From Candidatus Aenigmatarchaeota archaeon (GTDB taxonomy: Archaea > Aenigmatarchaeota > Aenigmatarchaeia > QMZP01), in NCBI GenBank assembly GCA_030615165.1, contig JAUWZW010000001.1:1-50686 (forward strand): DNA of 50,686 bases. Direction: 5' to 3'. The translations under genes and the position numbers were made by a program. This document shows positions 17,469 to 27,882 of the stretch, in pieces (the first letter of the stretch is position 1; each line of letters starts with the position of its first letter). The notes under the pieces were generated by a model. The model searched no databases. It was not told the DNA's origin and worked only from the letters and a program-made list of their open reading frames with translations.

Positions 17469-18491
17469 ATGTGGAAAATTTCTGCAAAGGAACTGGAGAA
17501 GCTCAGGGATTTTTTAGATATAAGAGGAAAGAAAATGCTTTTCTACCACAGGGATTGTGATGGGATTTGCTCTGCTGCCATGTGGCTCAGGTTCTTTTCT
17601 GATTTTGAGGCAAGGCCCAGGGAGGGGCCAAGGATGGACAGCGGATTTGTGAGACATGTGATAGACCAAGACCCTGACCTTCTTGTATTTCTGGATTTGC
17701 CAATAGACCAGGAATGGAAGCGGATTAGGAAGATGCTGGATTCCCTGCCTGATGTCAGGATTCTCATTATAGACCATCATATAGTTGAGAGGGACCTGAA
17801 TTCAGGCAGGATACTGCACATAAATCCAAAGTTCAAAAATGATGTTTACCTGCCCGCGGCTTTTTTGGTTTACAGGATTCTGGAGCAGCTCGGTGAGGAT
17901 GTGGGTAATATGGATTGGATATCTGCGCTGGGGATTGCCGGTGATTACGGATTTGAGGACTGCAGGGATTTCCTAGACAAGGTCGGGATTAAGAATCTGG
18001 ACATGGGGGTCGGGCTTGTTTCAGCTGCGATGAGCCTGAAGGGCCTGAAGGGCGCGGACAAGGTTCTTAAGATAATGCTGGCATCCGACGGCTATAAAGA
18101 ATTTCTCCGGACAAAGACCCTTGGACTTTGGAAGAAATATGTTGACAAGGAATTCAGGGATGTTGTCAGCGATTTTAAGAAGGAAAGGGAGGAACACAAG
18201 GATGCAAACCTTGTTATCTACATAATAAAGAGCAGGCTTAATTTCGTCTCTGTTGTTGCAACACACTTCTCTGAGAAACTACCAGACAAGGTTATACTCA
18301 TAGGCAAGAAGGGCAAGTATGGATGGAAGCTTTCTGTCAGGAACCAGTCCGGAAAGGTTAATGTTGGGGATTTGGTTAAGAAATGCGTGAAGGGAATAGG
18401 TTCTGGCGGGGGGCATAAGAAGGCAGCAGGCGGTATAGTAAAGGACTGGGAAAAGTTCAAGAGGAGGCTTCTGGCGGAGCTGGAGGCGTGA
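17469..18491 (+). CDS. DHH/DHHA1 phosphoesterase (RecJ-like)
   Basis: H.D.DG, IDHH, GGGHKKAAG. Confidence 0.88.
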   Translation: MWKISAKELEKLRDFLDIRGKKMLFYHRDCDGICSAAMWLRFFSDFEARPREGPRMDSGFVRHVIDQDPDLLVFLDLPIDQEWKRIRKMLDSLPDVRILIIDHHIVERDLNSGRILHINPKFKNDVYLPAAFLVYRILEQLGEDVGNMDWISALGIAGDYGFEDCRDFLDKVGIKNLDMGVGLVSAAMSLKGLKGADKVLKIMLASDGYKEFLRTKTLGLWKKYVDKEFRDVVSDFKKEREEHKDANLVIYIIKSRLNFVSVVATHFSEKLPDKVILIGKKGKYGWKLSVRNQSGKVNVGDLVKKCVKGIGSGGGHKKAAGGIVKDWEKFKRRLLAELEA

Positions 18492-18801
18492 TATCTTCCT
18501 CTATTTTTTCCATTGATTTTATTGGTTTTGAACGACAACGCTGCAGTACTTTCTCTCCTTTTGGGATTTCATATACTCCGAGCCGTGGAGATTTATATGA
18601 TATATGTTCCTCGGCTTCATCAAATAATAGCAAACTGCAACCCGGTTCGAATTCACCAGTCATGTCCCCCAATGATTTGCCAGGGGGTATATATCCTATC
18701 AGCTTCCAATAGCCTCCGCCTTTTGGTTTAACCCTCATCAATCTCCTGTAATCATCAACTACCAGTTCCTTATTTTTATCAGTTATGTACTTCGTTGGCA
18801 T
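18457..18801 (-). CDS. Hypothetical protein
   Basis: ATG-started 114-aa ORF co-oriented with fibrillarin; no recognisable motif. Confidence 0.5.
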   Translation of the reverse strand: MPTKYITDKNKELVVDDYRRLMRVKPKGGGYWKLIGYIPPGKSLGDMTGEFEPGCSLLLFDEAEEHISYKSPRLGVYEIPKGEKVLQRCRSKPIKSMEKIEEDITPPAPPEASS

Positions 18802-18825
18802 AAAGCGTTATTATTAGTAAGTTTT

Positions 18826-19488
18826 TTATTCCTTCGATTTAGGTTTCAGAACAAAAAAGGCATGGTCCTTTTCATAAGGGTCCAGTTTTATTTTTTCCAT
18901 TATCCTGAACTCTTTCTTGAGCTTCTTTTCTTCCTGTTTGTATATAATATCAGGGTCTTTTGTTACATCAATGCTGCGCGCCTTGATTGCAATCATGGCT
19001 GTGCCATCCGGCTTGAGAAATGCCTTGCAGTTGCGAATCAGGATTTCTGACTGGTCATCTGTTGCAACATCCTGGTAAACAAGGTCAACAGGTTCAATCC
19101 AGTTGTATTCCTCTGGCTTCCTGGCATTGGCAAGTATGGGGACCATATTGCCCCTTTTTTCTGCGACAGGGTTCAGCTCCCTGAATGTGCGCTCTGAAAT
19201 CTCCACGCCATAGATGATTCCTTCTGGACCTATTATGTCAGAGAAGTAGGAAGCGGTCTGGCCGCTTGCTATGCCTAGGTAGAGGATTTTCATCCCCGGC
19301 CTGAGGGGGAGGTTTTTCAAACCCTTGGTTATTGCTGCTGCAGGCTTGGAGCGGTTCGGGTCCCAAACCCTGTATTCCTTACCTGCTATCGTAACTAATT
19401 GCTCTGTATAGCCCCGGGAGCCGGGAACAAGGTTCCTGGTCAGGATCTGCCTGCCGCGCTTCCAGATGTTGGGGAAAAGTTGTTTCAT
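18826..19488 (-). CDS. flpA: Fibrillarin-like rRNA/tRNA 2'-O-methyltransferase
   Basis: YR.W.P.RSK, LYLG.ASG.T.S, PILANARKP, IKARSID. Confidence 0.95.
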   Translation of the reverse strand: MKQLFPNIWKRGRQILTRNLVPGSRGYTEQLVTIAGKEYRVWDPNRSKPAAAITKGLKNLPLRPGMKILYLGIASGQTASYFSDIIGPEGIIYGVEISERTFRELNPVAEKRGNMVPILANARKPEEYNWIEPVDLVYQDVATDDQSEILIRNCKAFLKPDGTAMIAIKARSIDVTKDPDIIYKQEEKKLKKEFRIMEKIKLDPYEKDHAFFVLKPKSKE

Positions 19489-19513
19489 ATATTTAATTTA
19501 GAACTAGTATAAA

Positions 19514-20041
19514 TTATGTTAATTTTCTTGCCTTCGCTTTCTCTATCCTTTGCAGGTCTCTTTCCGTGTACTTTCCTACTCTGGGTTCAGGGAATCTCAC
19601 AATATATGCTGACTCTCCTATGTAATCAAGCTCTCCAATTTTTTCGCCAAAAAGCTCAAAGTTTTCTTGGCTGTAAAGTGCATCTACGGCTAGATTATTA
19701 TTCCTGTCTGACAGACGTTTTCTGAATCCTTCCAGCTCCGAGCCCCTGACATCTATTCTGTTGTGGCTTGCCCTTATATTTTTGGACTGCAGGAACACAG
19801 TAATTACTGATGAGTATTCTTGCGCTTCATCACCAAAACCATAAACAATACAAGGTAGACCGTTCGCTGATATGTCCAGAAGTTCTGGTTCTATGCTGTC
19901 TATAAAATTCATCATCTCCCTCTCCTTTTCTGCAGGTTTTGACCTTCTGATTCCCATTTTTCTTAGCACGGCGTATGCTCTAGGATCTTTTCTTAATGTA
20001 TACAAAAAAAGACGAGGTAAAAGAGGAGCTATGTTATTCAT
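19514..20041 (-). CDS. Hypothetical protein
   Basis: GGTGA SD before ATG 20041, overlapping the upstream stop. Confidence 0.6.
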   Translation of the reverse strand: MNNIAPLLPRLFLYTLRKDPRAYAVLRKMGIRRSKPAEKEREMMNFIDSIEPELLDISANGLPCIVYGFGDEAQEYSSVITVFLQSKNIRASHNRIDVRGSELEGFRKRLSDRNNNLAVDALYSQENFELFGEKIGELDYIGESAYIVRFPEPRVGKYTERDLQRIEKAKARKLT

Positions 20042-20669
20042 CTTGATCACCATGAAGCATCTCATAGAAATTTCTAAAGTCCACCTCTGAATCATCCTGT
20101 TCTCTCTCGGGGAGGTATCTAGATGCAGGTAAAATTTTTCCATCATTCACAAGCGTTTTCAAATAGTTCCTCCTTCTCAAATACTTCTTTTTAACAGGCT
20201 CTGGATTAAAATTACACCATGAAAAGTCAAGGATATTCGAGGCATCGGCTAATCCCCCTAAAATTATATCATCATCTTTAACACCGAGATATGTCAAACA
20301 ATCATAAATTGTCATAACAGTTATAGCCTCGGATGTTGTATCATCAAAAATGAGATGTTTGCACGGATAGTCTATACTTTCCAGAATGTTTCTTATCTGC
20401 CCCAATGTGGGTATTACAACCCTAGCGTATCCTACATTACCTCCTCTTGATTTTTCTACCAAGAACGGCTGGATTATATATGGTATACCAAGTTTCCTAA
20501 ATCCTGCTTCAATTGTAAATCTTCCCAGTCTGACAGCTCCATGTGCAGTTGGTGAATAGATTACCGGTCTCTCTTCTCTTCGTACATCTACTTCATGAGC
20601 CAGATAATCTCCTACAACTTTTGGCTTCGGCTTATCAAATAATGTTTCTACACTATCTTTGGCTCCCAT
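20034..20669 (-). CDS. Phosphoribosyltransferase-like protein (degenerate)
   Basis: LIFDDTTSEAIT resembles the PRPP-binding loop. Confidence 0.45.
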   Translation of the reverse strand: MGAKDSVETLFDKPKPKVVGDYLAHEVDVRREERPVIYSPTAHGAVRLGRFTIEAGFRKLGIPYIIQPFLVEKSRGGNVGYARVVIPTLGQIRNILESIDYPCKHLIFDDTTSEAITVMTIYDCLTYLGVKDDDIILGGLADASNILDFSWCNFNPEPVKKKYLRRRNYLKTLVNDGKILPASRYLPEREQDDSEVDFRNFYEMLHGDQDE

Positions 20670-20676
20670 TTAATCA

Positions 20677-21621
20677 CTACTCCAAAAACTTTACATCATC
20701 AATTTCGTAATCACTGTCCCTATCTAAACCCATAACAACCTTCGCTATCTCTTTGTTGTCAATTGTGTTGCCCCCCATGATTTTTTCGGTGTGCTGTGTA
20801 AGGGCTATTATGGCAGCCCTTGTTCCCCTGGACCTCTTTCCCGCCAAGAGCAGTATCTTCTTCTTTTTGTTGAAGGGGTTATCACACTTTATTACAAGAC
20901 CGACCGCCAGGTCATTGTAGGTCTTGTTTGTTAGTTTTGAGACAATGCTCCATTCTTTTTCTTTATCAAAATACAACGGAAGTGCAGAATTCAGTTTGTC
21001 CACAATAATGTTGAATTTGGGATTGCCAATTAGTATCAGATTGTCTTTAAGGTCACCCTCCCTCACCTGTGTATCTATTTTGTAACAGGGCAGCTCCAGT
21101 TTCTTTATAAAATTGCCTAAAAACAGGGCAAGGTCTGAAACATATGCCCCATCACGTGCAGCTTCGTCATACTTTCCATGCGGTCTTGGATTTCCGACGA
21201 TTATTTTTGCATTCAGCTTCCCGTCCTTCACAAACGGGTGAAGGAACTTCAAGACAGCAGGATTTCTAACTGGGATATCATCTTCCAGGGGGTATCCGTC
21301 ATTGTAAAGCCTTGTTGCGACAACAGGGGAGACAACAGCGTAAATCTTCGCTGTCATGCCATACCTCTGCTCTGTTCTTATCTGGTTAATTATCCCGGCC
21401 CCCTCTAGGTTGCGCAGGTGGTAGTAAATCTTCTGCTCGTGCTGTTCAAGCTTCCTTGCCAAATCCATTGCACAGCATGGTTTTTTGGCAAGTTCCTTGA
21501 CTACTTTCAGGCAAAGCTCTGAGCCGAAAATGGAGAGCTTTTCCGGAGAAACAAGAATGCTGTTATAAGCCATTGGGCTTTCTCCGTTATCATCAATGAA
21601 TTGTGGCATATTTCCCACCAT
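20677..21621 (-). CDS. ArsR-like HTH protein with C-terminal S-layer-like alpha/beta domain
   Basis: DLARKLEQHEQKIYYHLRNL; NLILIGNP..N, LLAG....GT.AA. Confidence 0.75.
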   Translation of the reverse strand: MVGNMPQFIDDNGESPMAYNSILVSPEKLSIFGSELCLKVVKELAKKPCCAMDLARKLEQHEQKIYYHLRNLEGAGIINQIRTEQRYGMTAKIYAVVSPVVATRLYNDGYPLEDDIPVRNPAVLKFLHPFVKDGKLNAKIIVGNPRPHGKYDEAARDGAYVSDLALFLGNFIKKLELPCYKIDTQVREGDLKDNLILIGNPKFNIIVDKLNSALPLYFDKEKEWSIVSKLTNKTYNDLAVGLVIKCDNPFNKKKKILLLAGKRSRGTRAAIIALTQHTEKIMGGNTIDNKEIAKVVMGLDRDSDYEIDDVKFLE

Positions 21622-21880
21622 TCCCTCCTTTGGGTTATAAGATTAGATGGTTATATTTAAATACTTTTATGGTTTTTTTCGTAGTAATACAGGAATTTTT
21701 TGATTATTGGAAGAGATTTTTTATAATATAAAAATTCTTATAAAAGAAAACAGCACACTGCAAGCCTTCCCACATAGATTCCCAATTTTTAGCAAACTCT
21801 GTTTTTAGGAGTTCCTTATATATCTAAAGTTCAAGTTGTGTATGCAACCAGTTTCCCACTAATCCCACAGAGGTGATTTT

Positions 21881-22366
21881 ATGCCAGGAGAACTATTCGT
21901 ATGTCAGATATGCAAAGAGCCCATACACAATTTTGTCTGCATAGATTGCTTGGCAGGGGATATAAGGAAATGGCTTCCTGAACATCTTGTTTCCGGGTTC
22001 CTGAGGTTTAATGAGATGTTCCTGGAATACTTCCATTATTCCCATGATCATGAGGTGAATAATCATCATCTTGTTTGCAGTGCAAGGGGTAAGGGCTCTA
22101 TATGCCTTTACTGCTATGTAAATGAAGTCTTCCAGTGGATGCTCAGCCAGAATAAAACGCTCGCCAAGAGGTTCATAAAGATTTTTTCCTTTGGTCTCAA
22201 GGTATCAAGATTCGGGAACATCATAAGGGCAAACCCGCAACCAATAACAGAATTGGAAAGTGAAGAGAAAGAGTTTGGTATATGTGATGAGTGTGGGGAA
22301 TACTCAGATGAATTAGGATATATAGATGGGAAATGGGTATGCAAAGAATGTGGTGCAATGGGATGA
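21881..22366 (+). CDS. Cys-rich Zn-finger hypothetical protein
   Basis: Five CxxC pairs; GAGGTGA SD. Confidence 0.75.
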   Translation: MPGELFVCQICKEPIHNFVCIDCLAGDIRKWLPEHLVSGFLRFNEMFLEYFHYSHDHEVNNHHLVCSARGKGSICLYCYVNEVFQWMLSQNKTLAKRFIKIFSFGLKVSRFGNIIRANPQPITELESEEKEFGICDECGEYSDELGYIDGKWVCKECGAMG

Positions 22367-22369
22367 ACT

Positions 22370-22450
22370 ATGGCAGAAAACAAGGTTAAAAAAGAGAAAA
22401 AGGAAGTGGAGTGGTTTGTTGACTGGGACAAGGAGTATGATTATTTTTAA
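22370..22450 (+). CDS. Putative 26-aa small protein MAENKVKKEKKEVEWFVDWDKEYDYF
   Basis: ATG 3 nt after the upstream stop; fills the intergenic gap exactly. Confidence 0.45.
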   Translation: MAENKVKKEKKEVEWFVDWDKEYDYF

Positions 22451-22454
22451 ATAA

Positions 22455-22748
22455 CTAAACCCTGTGTTTCCCTAGTTTTTTCTTTACTTTTTCCATCTTC
22501 TTCTTGTACAGCATTATCCTTCTCAGGGATTCTAGAACCTCCACGAAACCTATCAGAACAAGCGCAGTCCCAATAATCACGGATGACTGGCTTCCAGGAA
22601 AAACGTTTATTATGAGAATCCCCACACCTATAAATGCCAAACCGGTCTGCATGAAGGAAAGAATTGTTCTCTGCTTTGATAGTATTGTTCTCTCCATCGA
22701 AAGGACTAACTGTTCCTCTGCAGGATTTGTTCTCTTTCTTCTTGCCAT
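22455..22748 (-). CDS. DUF202 (YidH-like) membrane protein
   Basis: ERTILSKQRTILSFMQTGL followed by two TM segments. Confidence 0.8.
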   Translation of the reverse strand: MARRKRTNPAEEQLVLSMERTILSKQRTILSFMQTGLAFIGVGILIINVFPGSQSSVIIGTALVLIGFVEVLESLRRIMLYKKKMEKVKKKLGKHRV

Positions 22749-22794
22749 ATTTTATATTTAGGGGATTTAATAAATAAAGATACAGGATGGTGTT

Positions 22795-24513
22795 ATGAAA
22801 TACTCAAAGCTCGTTGATGTTTATGAATATCTGGAGAAGACATCAGCAAGGCTGAAGAAGACTGATGCCATTGCAAAGCTTTTGAAAGAGACGGATTCTG
22901 AGAACCTGCCCAGGATCGCGCTTCTCCTTCAGGGCAGGGTGTTCCCTGCATGGGATGAGAGGAAGATAGGGCTTGCATCCCAGTCCATGGAAAAGATTGT
23001 ATCTATTGCAACCGGTTTCCCGGAGAAAGAGGTTGGTGCAAGATTCAAAAAGATAGGTGACTTTGGCCTTGTTGTAGAGGAGTTGGCAGGGAAAAAGAGG
23101 CAGAAGACGCTTTTTGAAAAGTCCCTTACAGTTGAGAAGGTATTTGAGAATCTGCAGAAGCTGGCATCGGTTGAGGGAAAGGGCTCGCAGGAGAGGAAGT
23201 TCAAGCTTGTATCAGAGCTCATAGTATCGGCAAAGCCAAAGGAGGCAAAGTATATTGTCAGGACAACTGTGGGTGATTTGAGAGTCGGTGTTGCACAGGG
23301 GGTAGTCAGGGATGCTATAGCCAAGGCATTCCTGGATACAAAGACCCCGGAGAAGGCAAAACAGGCTGTCAGTGCAGTTGAATGGGCATGGTTCCTCAGG
23401 CCTGATTATGCTGAGGTTGCAAAGATAGCAAAGAAGAAGGGTTTGTCAGGTCTGAAAAGGGTCAGGCTGGAGGTCGGAAAGCCATATCATGTTTTGCTTG
23501 CAGAGAAATCCCCAGGGCTAAAGGAAGCGCTTGAGTCATTTGAACACCCTGCCCTGGAATTTAAGTATGATGGAGCCAGAGTACTTATTCATAAAAAAGG
23601 CAACAAGCTCTGGTTCTACACGCGGCGTTTGGAGAATGTAACAAAGCAGTTCCCTGAGCTTTCAGATTTCGTCAGGAAGGGTGTAAAGGCAAAGGAATGT
23701 ATAATAGAGGGTGAGATGCTTGGGTTTAACAAGAAGACAGGAAAGCCAATGCCGTTTCAATCCCTTTCCCAGCGCATAAAGCGCAAGTATGATATAGAGA
23801 AGATGGTCAAGGAGATTCCTATTCAAGTGAATCTCTTCGACGTTGTCTATCTTAACGGCAGGGAGCTGTTTGACAAGCCGCTATCCGAGCGGTGGAAATT
23901 GCTGAAAAAAATCATCAGGCCTGTAAAAGGCAAGTTCAAGCTGGCGGAACACATCGAAACAAAGGAGTTGCACAAGGCGGACGAATTCTACAGGAAATCA
24001 CTTGCTGCCAGCCAGGAAGGCCTCATAGTCAAGAACATGGATGCGAAATACCATCCGGGCAGGCGTGTTGCCGGAGGATGGCTAAAGGTAAAGCCCGTAA
24101 TGGAAACACTTGATTTGGCAATAATAGGTGCTACATGGGGAACAGGCAAGAGGGCTGGCTGGCTTGGCTCCTATATACTTGGGTGCAGGGACGGCGACAA
24201 ATTCAAGAACTGCGGCATGATTGGAACCGGGATAAAGGAAAAAGAAGGAGCAGGCGGTATTACACTCCAGAAGTTGACAAAGATGCTTAAACCCGATATA
24301 ACAGAAGAGCACGGCAACAAAGTGAAGCTGAAGCCAGATGTCGTTGTTGAAGTCGCCTATGAAGAGATACAGAAGAGCCCGAATTATGAATCAGGCTATG
24401 CATTAAGATTTCCCAGAGTTCTCAGAATAAGGCCCGACAAAAGCATATCAGATGCGGACACAAAGGCAAGAATTGAGCGGCTTTATCGTTTGCAGAAGGG
24501 CAAGATACGATGA
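22795..24513 (+). CDS. lig: ATP-dependent DNA ligase
   Basis: EFKYDGAR, EGLIVK, WLKVK, LRFPR. Confidence 0.97.
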   Translation: MKYSKLVDVYEYLEKTSARLKKTDAIAKLLKETDSENLPRIALLLQGRVFPAWDERKIGLASQSMEKIVSIATGFPEKEVGARFKKIGDFGLVVEELAGKKRQKTLFEKSLTVEKVFENLQKLASVEGKGSQERKFKLVSELIVSAKPKEAKYIVRTTVGDLRVGVAQGVVRDAIAKAFLDTKTPEKAKQAVSAVEWAWFLRPDYAEVAKIAKKKGLSGLKRVRLEVGKPYHVLLAEKSPGLKEALESFEHPALEFKYDGARVLIHKKGNKLWFYTRRLENVTKQFPELSDFVRKGVKAKECIIEGEMLGFNKKTGKPMPFQSLSQRIKRKYDIEKMVKEIPIQVNLFDVVYLNGRELFDKPLSERWKLLKKIIRPVKGKFKLAEHIETKELHKADEFYRKSLAASQEGLIVKNMDAKYHPGRRVAGGWLKVKPVMETLDLAIIGATWGTGKRAGWLGSYILGCRDGDKFKNCGMIGTGIKEKEGAGGITLQKLTKMLKPDITEEHGNKVKLKPDVVVEVAYEEIQKSPNYESGYALRFPRVLRIRPDKSISDADTKARIERLYRLQKGKIR

Positions 24514-24657
24514 TAACTTGCCAAAACTTATTTAAATGTTTACTTCTGAACAGTGACAAAAGGTTTATAAAGCTTACTATTATACTATATTAAGCCGATT
24601 AACTACTGCTCAATATTTAAATACAGGAGCTGCAAAATATAAAGTACATGTGATTAT

Positions 24658-25449
24658 ATGGTGGCAACAACCGAGGTGCTTGACACCCTGAAGAGTATAG
24701 GATTGAACCTTTACGAGAGGAAGATTTTTGTAGCCCTATTAGCAAAGGGTATTGCCACTGCTGCAGAGGTTTCTGAAATAGCGGGGGTTCCAAGGTCCAG
24801 GTCTTATGATATTCTGGAGAGCCTTGCAGAAAAGGGTTTTGTTATTGTCCAGCCGTCAAAGCCAATCAAGTATGTTGCGATAAAGCCTTCTGAGGCAATG
24901 GAGAGAACAAAGGAAATTATTAAGAAAAAGCATGATGATGTTATTAAGAGGATTGACAAGCTGAAGGGTTCCAAAATACTTGAAGAGCTCGAGGGGATTT
25001 ACAGCAAGGGGTTCAACCTTGTAAGGCCGTCCGAGATGACGGGAACCCTGAAGGGAAAATTCACAATCAACAGGCAGCTGAGGTCAATATTCAGGGACGC
25101 GAAGAAGGAGATAAACATTCTGACAACAGAGGATGGACTGAACGATTTGTATCAAAACCATCTCAGGGTTTTGAAAAAGGTTGTAAAGAAAGGTGTTAAG
25201 CTAAGGGTTCTGGCACCTTTAAAGGATTCAGAGACTGCAAAGGCATTGACAGAGATTGCAGAACTGAGGAGTCTTAATGAGCCTTTGGGGAGGTTCTGCA
25301 TAATTGATAATGAGCATGTCCTTATGGCACTTACAGATGATAAAGAAACAGATGAATCGCAGGATGTTGCATTCTGGGCGAGCTCCCCGCATGTAGCAGA
25401 GAAAATTACCGGTCAGCTTTTCAACAGGCTCTGGGAATCCGGAGCTTAA
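24658..25449 (+). CDS. TrmB family transcriptional regulator
   Basis: GLNLYE, GVPRSRSYDILESL..KG. Confidence 0.92.
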   Translation: MVATTEVLDTLKSIGLNLYERKIFVALLAKGIATAAEVSEIAGVPRSRSYDILESLAEKGFVIVQPSKPIKYVAIKPSEAMERTKEIIKKKHDDVIKRIDKLKGSKILEELEGIYSKGFNLVRPSEMTGTLKGKFTINRQLRSIFRDAKKEINILTTEDGLNDLYQNHLRVLKKVVKKGVKLRVLAPLKDSETAKALTEIAELRSLNEPLGRFCIIDNEHVLMALTDDKETDESQDVAFWASSPHVAEKITGQLFNRLWESGA

Positions 25450-25473
25450 AAGAAACAGTTTTAAAAGACCATA

Positions 25474-26343
25474 CTAGCCAGCCTTCTCCATCTTCTCGAA
25501 TCTCTCCCATTCAGAATCAACATAATTCTGTATCTTCTGGATTTCTTCCTGTGGAAGGTGCTTGAACCTTCCCTGGGTTTTCAGATATTCCTCCACATGC
25601 CTTCTTTCTGCTATGCGCTGTGTGATTCTGAACTGCCCATCTTCAATCTCATACAGAACCCACATCCCTGTCTGCACAGCAAGCCTTGCGATCTTGATTG
25701 TTTCATTACCCTCGAACTTCCAGCCGGGCGGGCATGCACAGTGTATATGGATGAATGAGGGCTGGAGCTCAAATGCCTTCTTCATTTTCTGAATCAAATC
25801 CGTTGGGTAGGCAATGGAAGCAGATGCAACATAGGGAATCCTATGAGCAGCAATTATCTCGGCAATGGGCTTCTTCCATTCCTTTTTACCAATAGAGAGT
25901 CTTCCTGGTGGGGATGTTGTGGTCCATGCACCGTAGGGAGTTGCGCTTGAGCGCTGTATTCCTGTGTTCATGTATGCCTCGTTATCTACCATGACCTGTG
26001 TGACTTTGTGCCCTCTCTCCAGCATACCCGACAGTGCCTGGAGACCGATGTCAGCTGTCCCTCCGTCACCTGCAACAGCCATAATCTTCCAGTCCTTGCC
26101 AAGCTTCTTCACTGCTGCCTCAATGCCGGATGCAACAGATGAAGCGGTTTCAAATGCGCAGTGAATCCAGGGCACATTCCAAGCAGTCTCTGGATACATG
26201 GATGTTGTTACTTCGGTGCATCCTGTTGCCATTGATACTATTACATTTTTAGGGCAAGCCCTGGATATGAGATTCATGGCTATGGCAATTCCGCAGCCTG
26301 GGCACATGCTGTGCCCCGGGGATATAAGTTTTTTGCCATCCAT
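25474..26343 (-). CDS. porB: Pyruvate/2-oxoacid:ferredoxin oxidoreductase beta subunit
   Basis: GHSMCPGCG, GDGGTADIG, DNEAYMNTG.QRS. Confidence 0.93.
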   Translation of the reverse strand: MDGKKLISPGHSMCPGCGIAIAMNLISRACPKNVIVSMATGCTEVTTSMYPETAWNVPWIHCAFETASSVASGIEAAVKKLGKDWKIMAVAGDGGTADIGLQALSGMLERGHKVTQVMVDNEAYMNTGIQRSSATPYGAWTTTSPPGRLSIGKKEWKKPIAEIIAAHRIPYVASASIAYPTDLIQKMKKAFELQPSFIHIHCACPPGWKFEGNETIKIARLAVQTGMWVLYEIEDGQFRITQRIAERRHVEEYLKTQGRFKHLPQEEIQKIQNYVDSEWERFEKMEKAG

Positions 26344-26411
26344 AGTAGAACCTTCTTCAGGGTGGCTTTTTAAATTTACTGCTAAAAAATGCCATATTGT
26401 CGAACAGTGGG

Positions 26412-26660
26412 TTATTTCTTCTCTTCCTTTTTCTCTTCCCTTGCGAGCTCCCTCTGCGCCTTCAGCTCATCAAGCTCGAGCCAGACCACAAACAAACCCA
26501 CTATTATCAGAAATATCGGTATGACACCCGTGAGTACTATAATAAAATTCCTTATCCAGTCAATTGTATATCCCAAGATCGCCATTGGTGACAGAACAAA
26601 GAGTGCGAGCCCTATTATTATAAGGATGAGCCCTATTAAGACCTTTACTGCCACATGCAT
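26412..26660 (-). CDS. Small two-TM membrane protein
   Basis: Two hydrophobic helices, charged tail, GGTGA SD. Confidence 0.75.
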   Translation of the reverse strand: MHVAVKVLIGLILIIIGLALFVLSPMAILGYTIDWIRNFIIVLTGVIPIFLIIVGLFVVWLELDELKAQRELAREEKKEEKK

Positions 26661-26736
26661 TAGACATCACCAATTAATTGTTTATATTTAACTGTTAGGT
26701 TTATATATATTTATCTTCATCTCTTATGTGAGAAGC

Positions 26737-27261
26737 ATGTACAAATACCTTGCCAGATTGTGGAAGAGACCAAGGGAATCCCTTGGCAGGATTCAATCCA
26801 AGAGATTGATAGACTGGAGAAGGGAAGGGGTTTTGGTAAGAATACCAAAACCGACAAGGATTGACAGGGCAAGAAGCCTTGGTTACAAGGCAAAGGAAGG
26901 ATTCCTGATGGTCAGGGTAAGGGTTAAAAAGGGTTTGAGGAAGAGACCGAAACCTTCTGGAGGCAGGGTTCCAAAAAAGGCAGGGAGGTTCTTCTCGTTA
27001 GGAAAATCCAAACAGCAGGTTGTAGAGGAAAAGGCTGCAAGGAGATTTCCAAACCTTCAGGTTTTGAACTCTTACTATGTGGGGGAGGATGGTGTAAGCA
27101 AGTGGTTTGAGATTATCCTTATTGATGTAAATCACCCTGCTATAAAGAAAGACAGGGATATCAACTGGATTCTTGGAAAGCAGCACAGGGGAAGGGCTTT
27201 CAGGGGGCTGACCTCTGCGGGGAAAAAATCAAGAGGTTTGAGAAGAAACACAAAGGCTTAA
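26737..27261 (+). CDS. rpl15e: 50S ribosomal protein L15e
   Basis: [31 protein letters not shown]. Confidence 0.97.
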   Translation: MYKYLARLWKRPRESLGRIQSKRLIDWRREGVLVRIPKPTRIDRARSLGYKAKEGFLMVRVRVKKGLRKRPKPSGGRVPKKAGRFFSLGKSKQQVVEEKAARRFPNLQVLNSYYVGEDGVSKWFEIILIDVNHPAIKKDRDINWILGKQHRGRAFRGLTSAGKKSRGLRRNTKA

Positions 27262-27356
27262 CCCCATTAAAGCTTTTATTCTTATTGGTTTTCCTAAAAA
27301 CATTTATAAGCTTATTGAACCAATAAATTAAATAGTTGTGTTTAGGGCGATAGGGT

Positions 27357-27881
27357 ATGGTCTGGCTTCAAACTATGTTGCAGAACCTTGTAAATATGGA
27401 ATTTTTCCAGCTGCTGTTTCCGTTTTTACTGGCTTTGGCTATTATTTACGGATTGCTTAGATACGCATTAAAAGACCAGCTTCCCAAATCAGCAGCAGGT
27501 TTGATTGCAATAATTATTTCATTCTTTGTCATGCTTTATTCGAGCTGGAACACATGGGTTTACGTGTTCCTAACAGGCATATCTGGTGCCTGGCTGATGA
27601 TAGCATGTGTTGCGATATTCCTTGTTTTGCTGCTTGGAATAGTTGGAATAAGCTTCAAGGACCTCACAGAGAAATTATGGCTTAAGTGGGTTGTGGCGTT
27701 AGTTATAATCTTCATAATTATTATAGCATTCTTTGGAACAATCCCGCTTGGACTTCCTTACTGGATTGGTGGGGGTGACTTCTGGACAATCGTATTCTTT
27801 ATAGTGATTCTTGCAATAGTAATGTACTTCTTCAGCAAGGGTGAAGAAGGGGCAGCTCCTGAAGAGAAGAAGAAAGGCTAA
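27357..27881 (+). CDS. Multi-pass membrane hypothetical protein
   Basis: About 5 TM segments. Confidence 0.8.
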   Translation: MVWLQTMLQNLVNMEFFQLLFPFLLALAIIYGLLRYALKDQLPKSAAGLIAIIISFFVMLYSSWNTWVYVFLTGISGAWLMIACVAIFLVLLLGIVGISFKDLTEKLWLKWVVALVIIFIIIIAFFGTIPLGLPYWIGGGDFWTIVFFIVILAIVMYFFSKGEEGAAPEEKKKG

Positions 27882-27882
27882 T

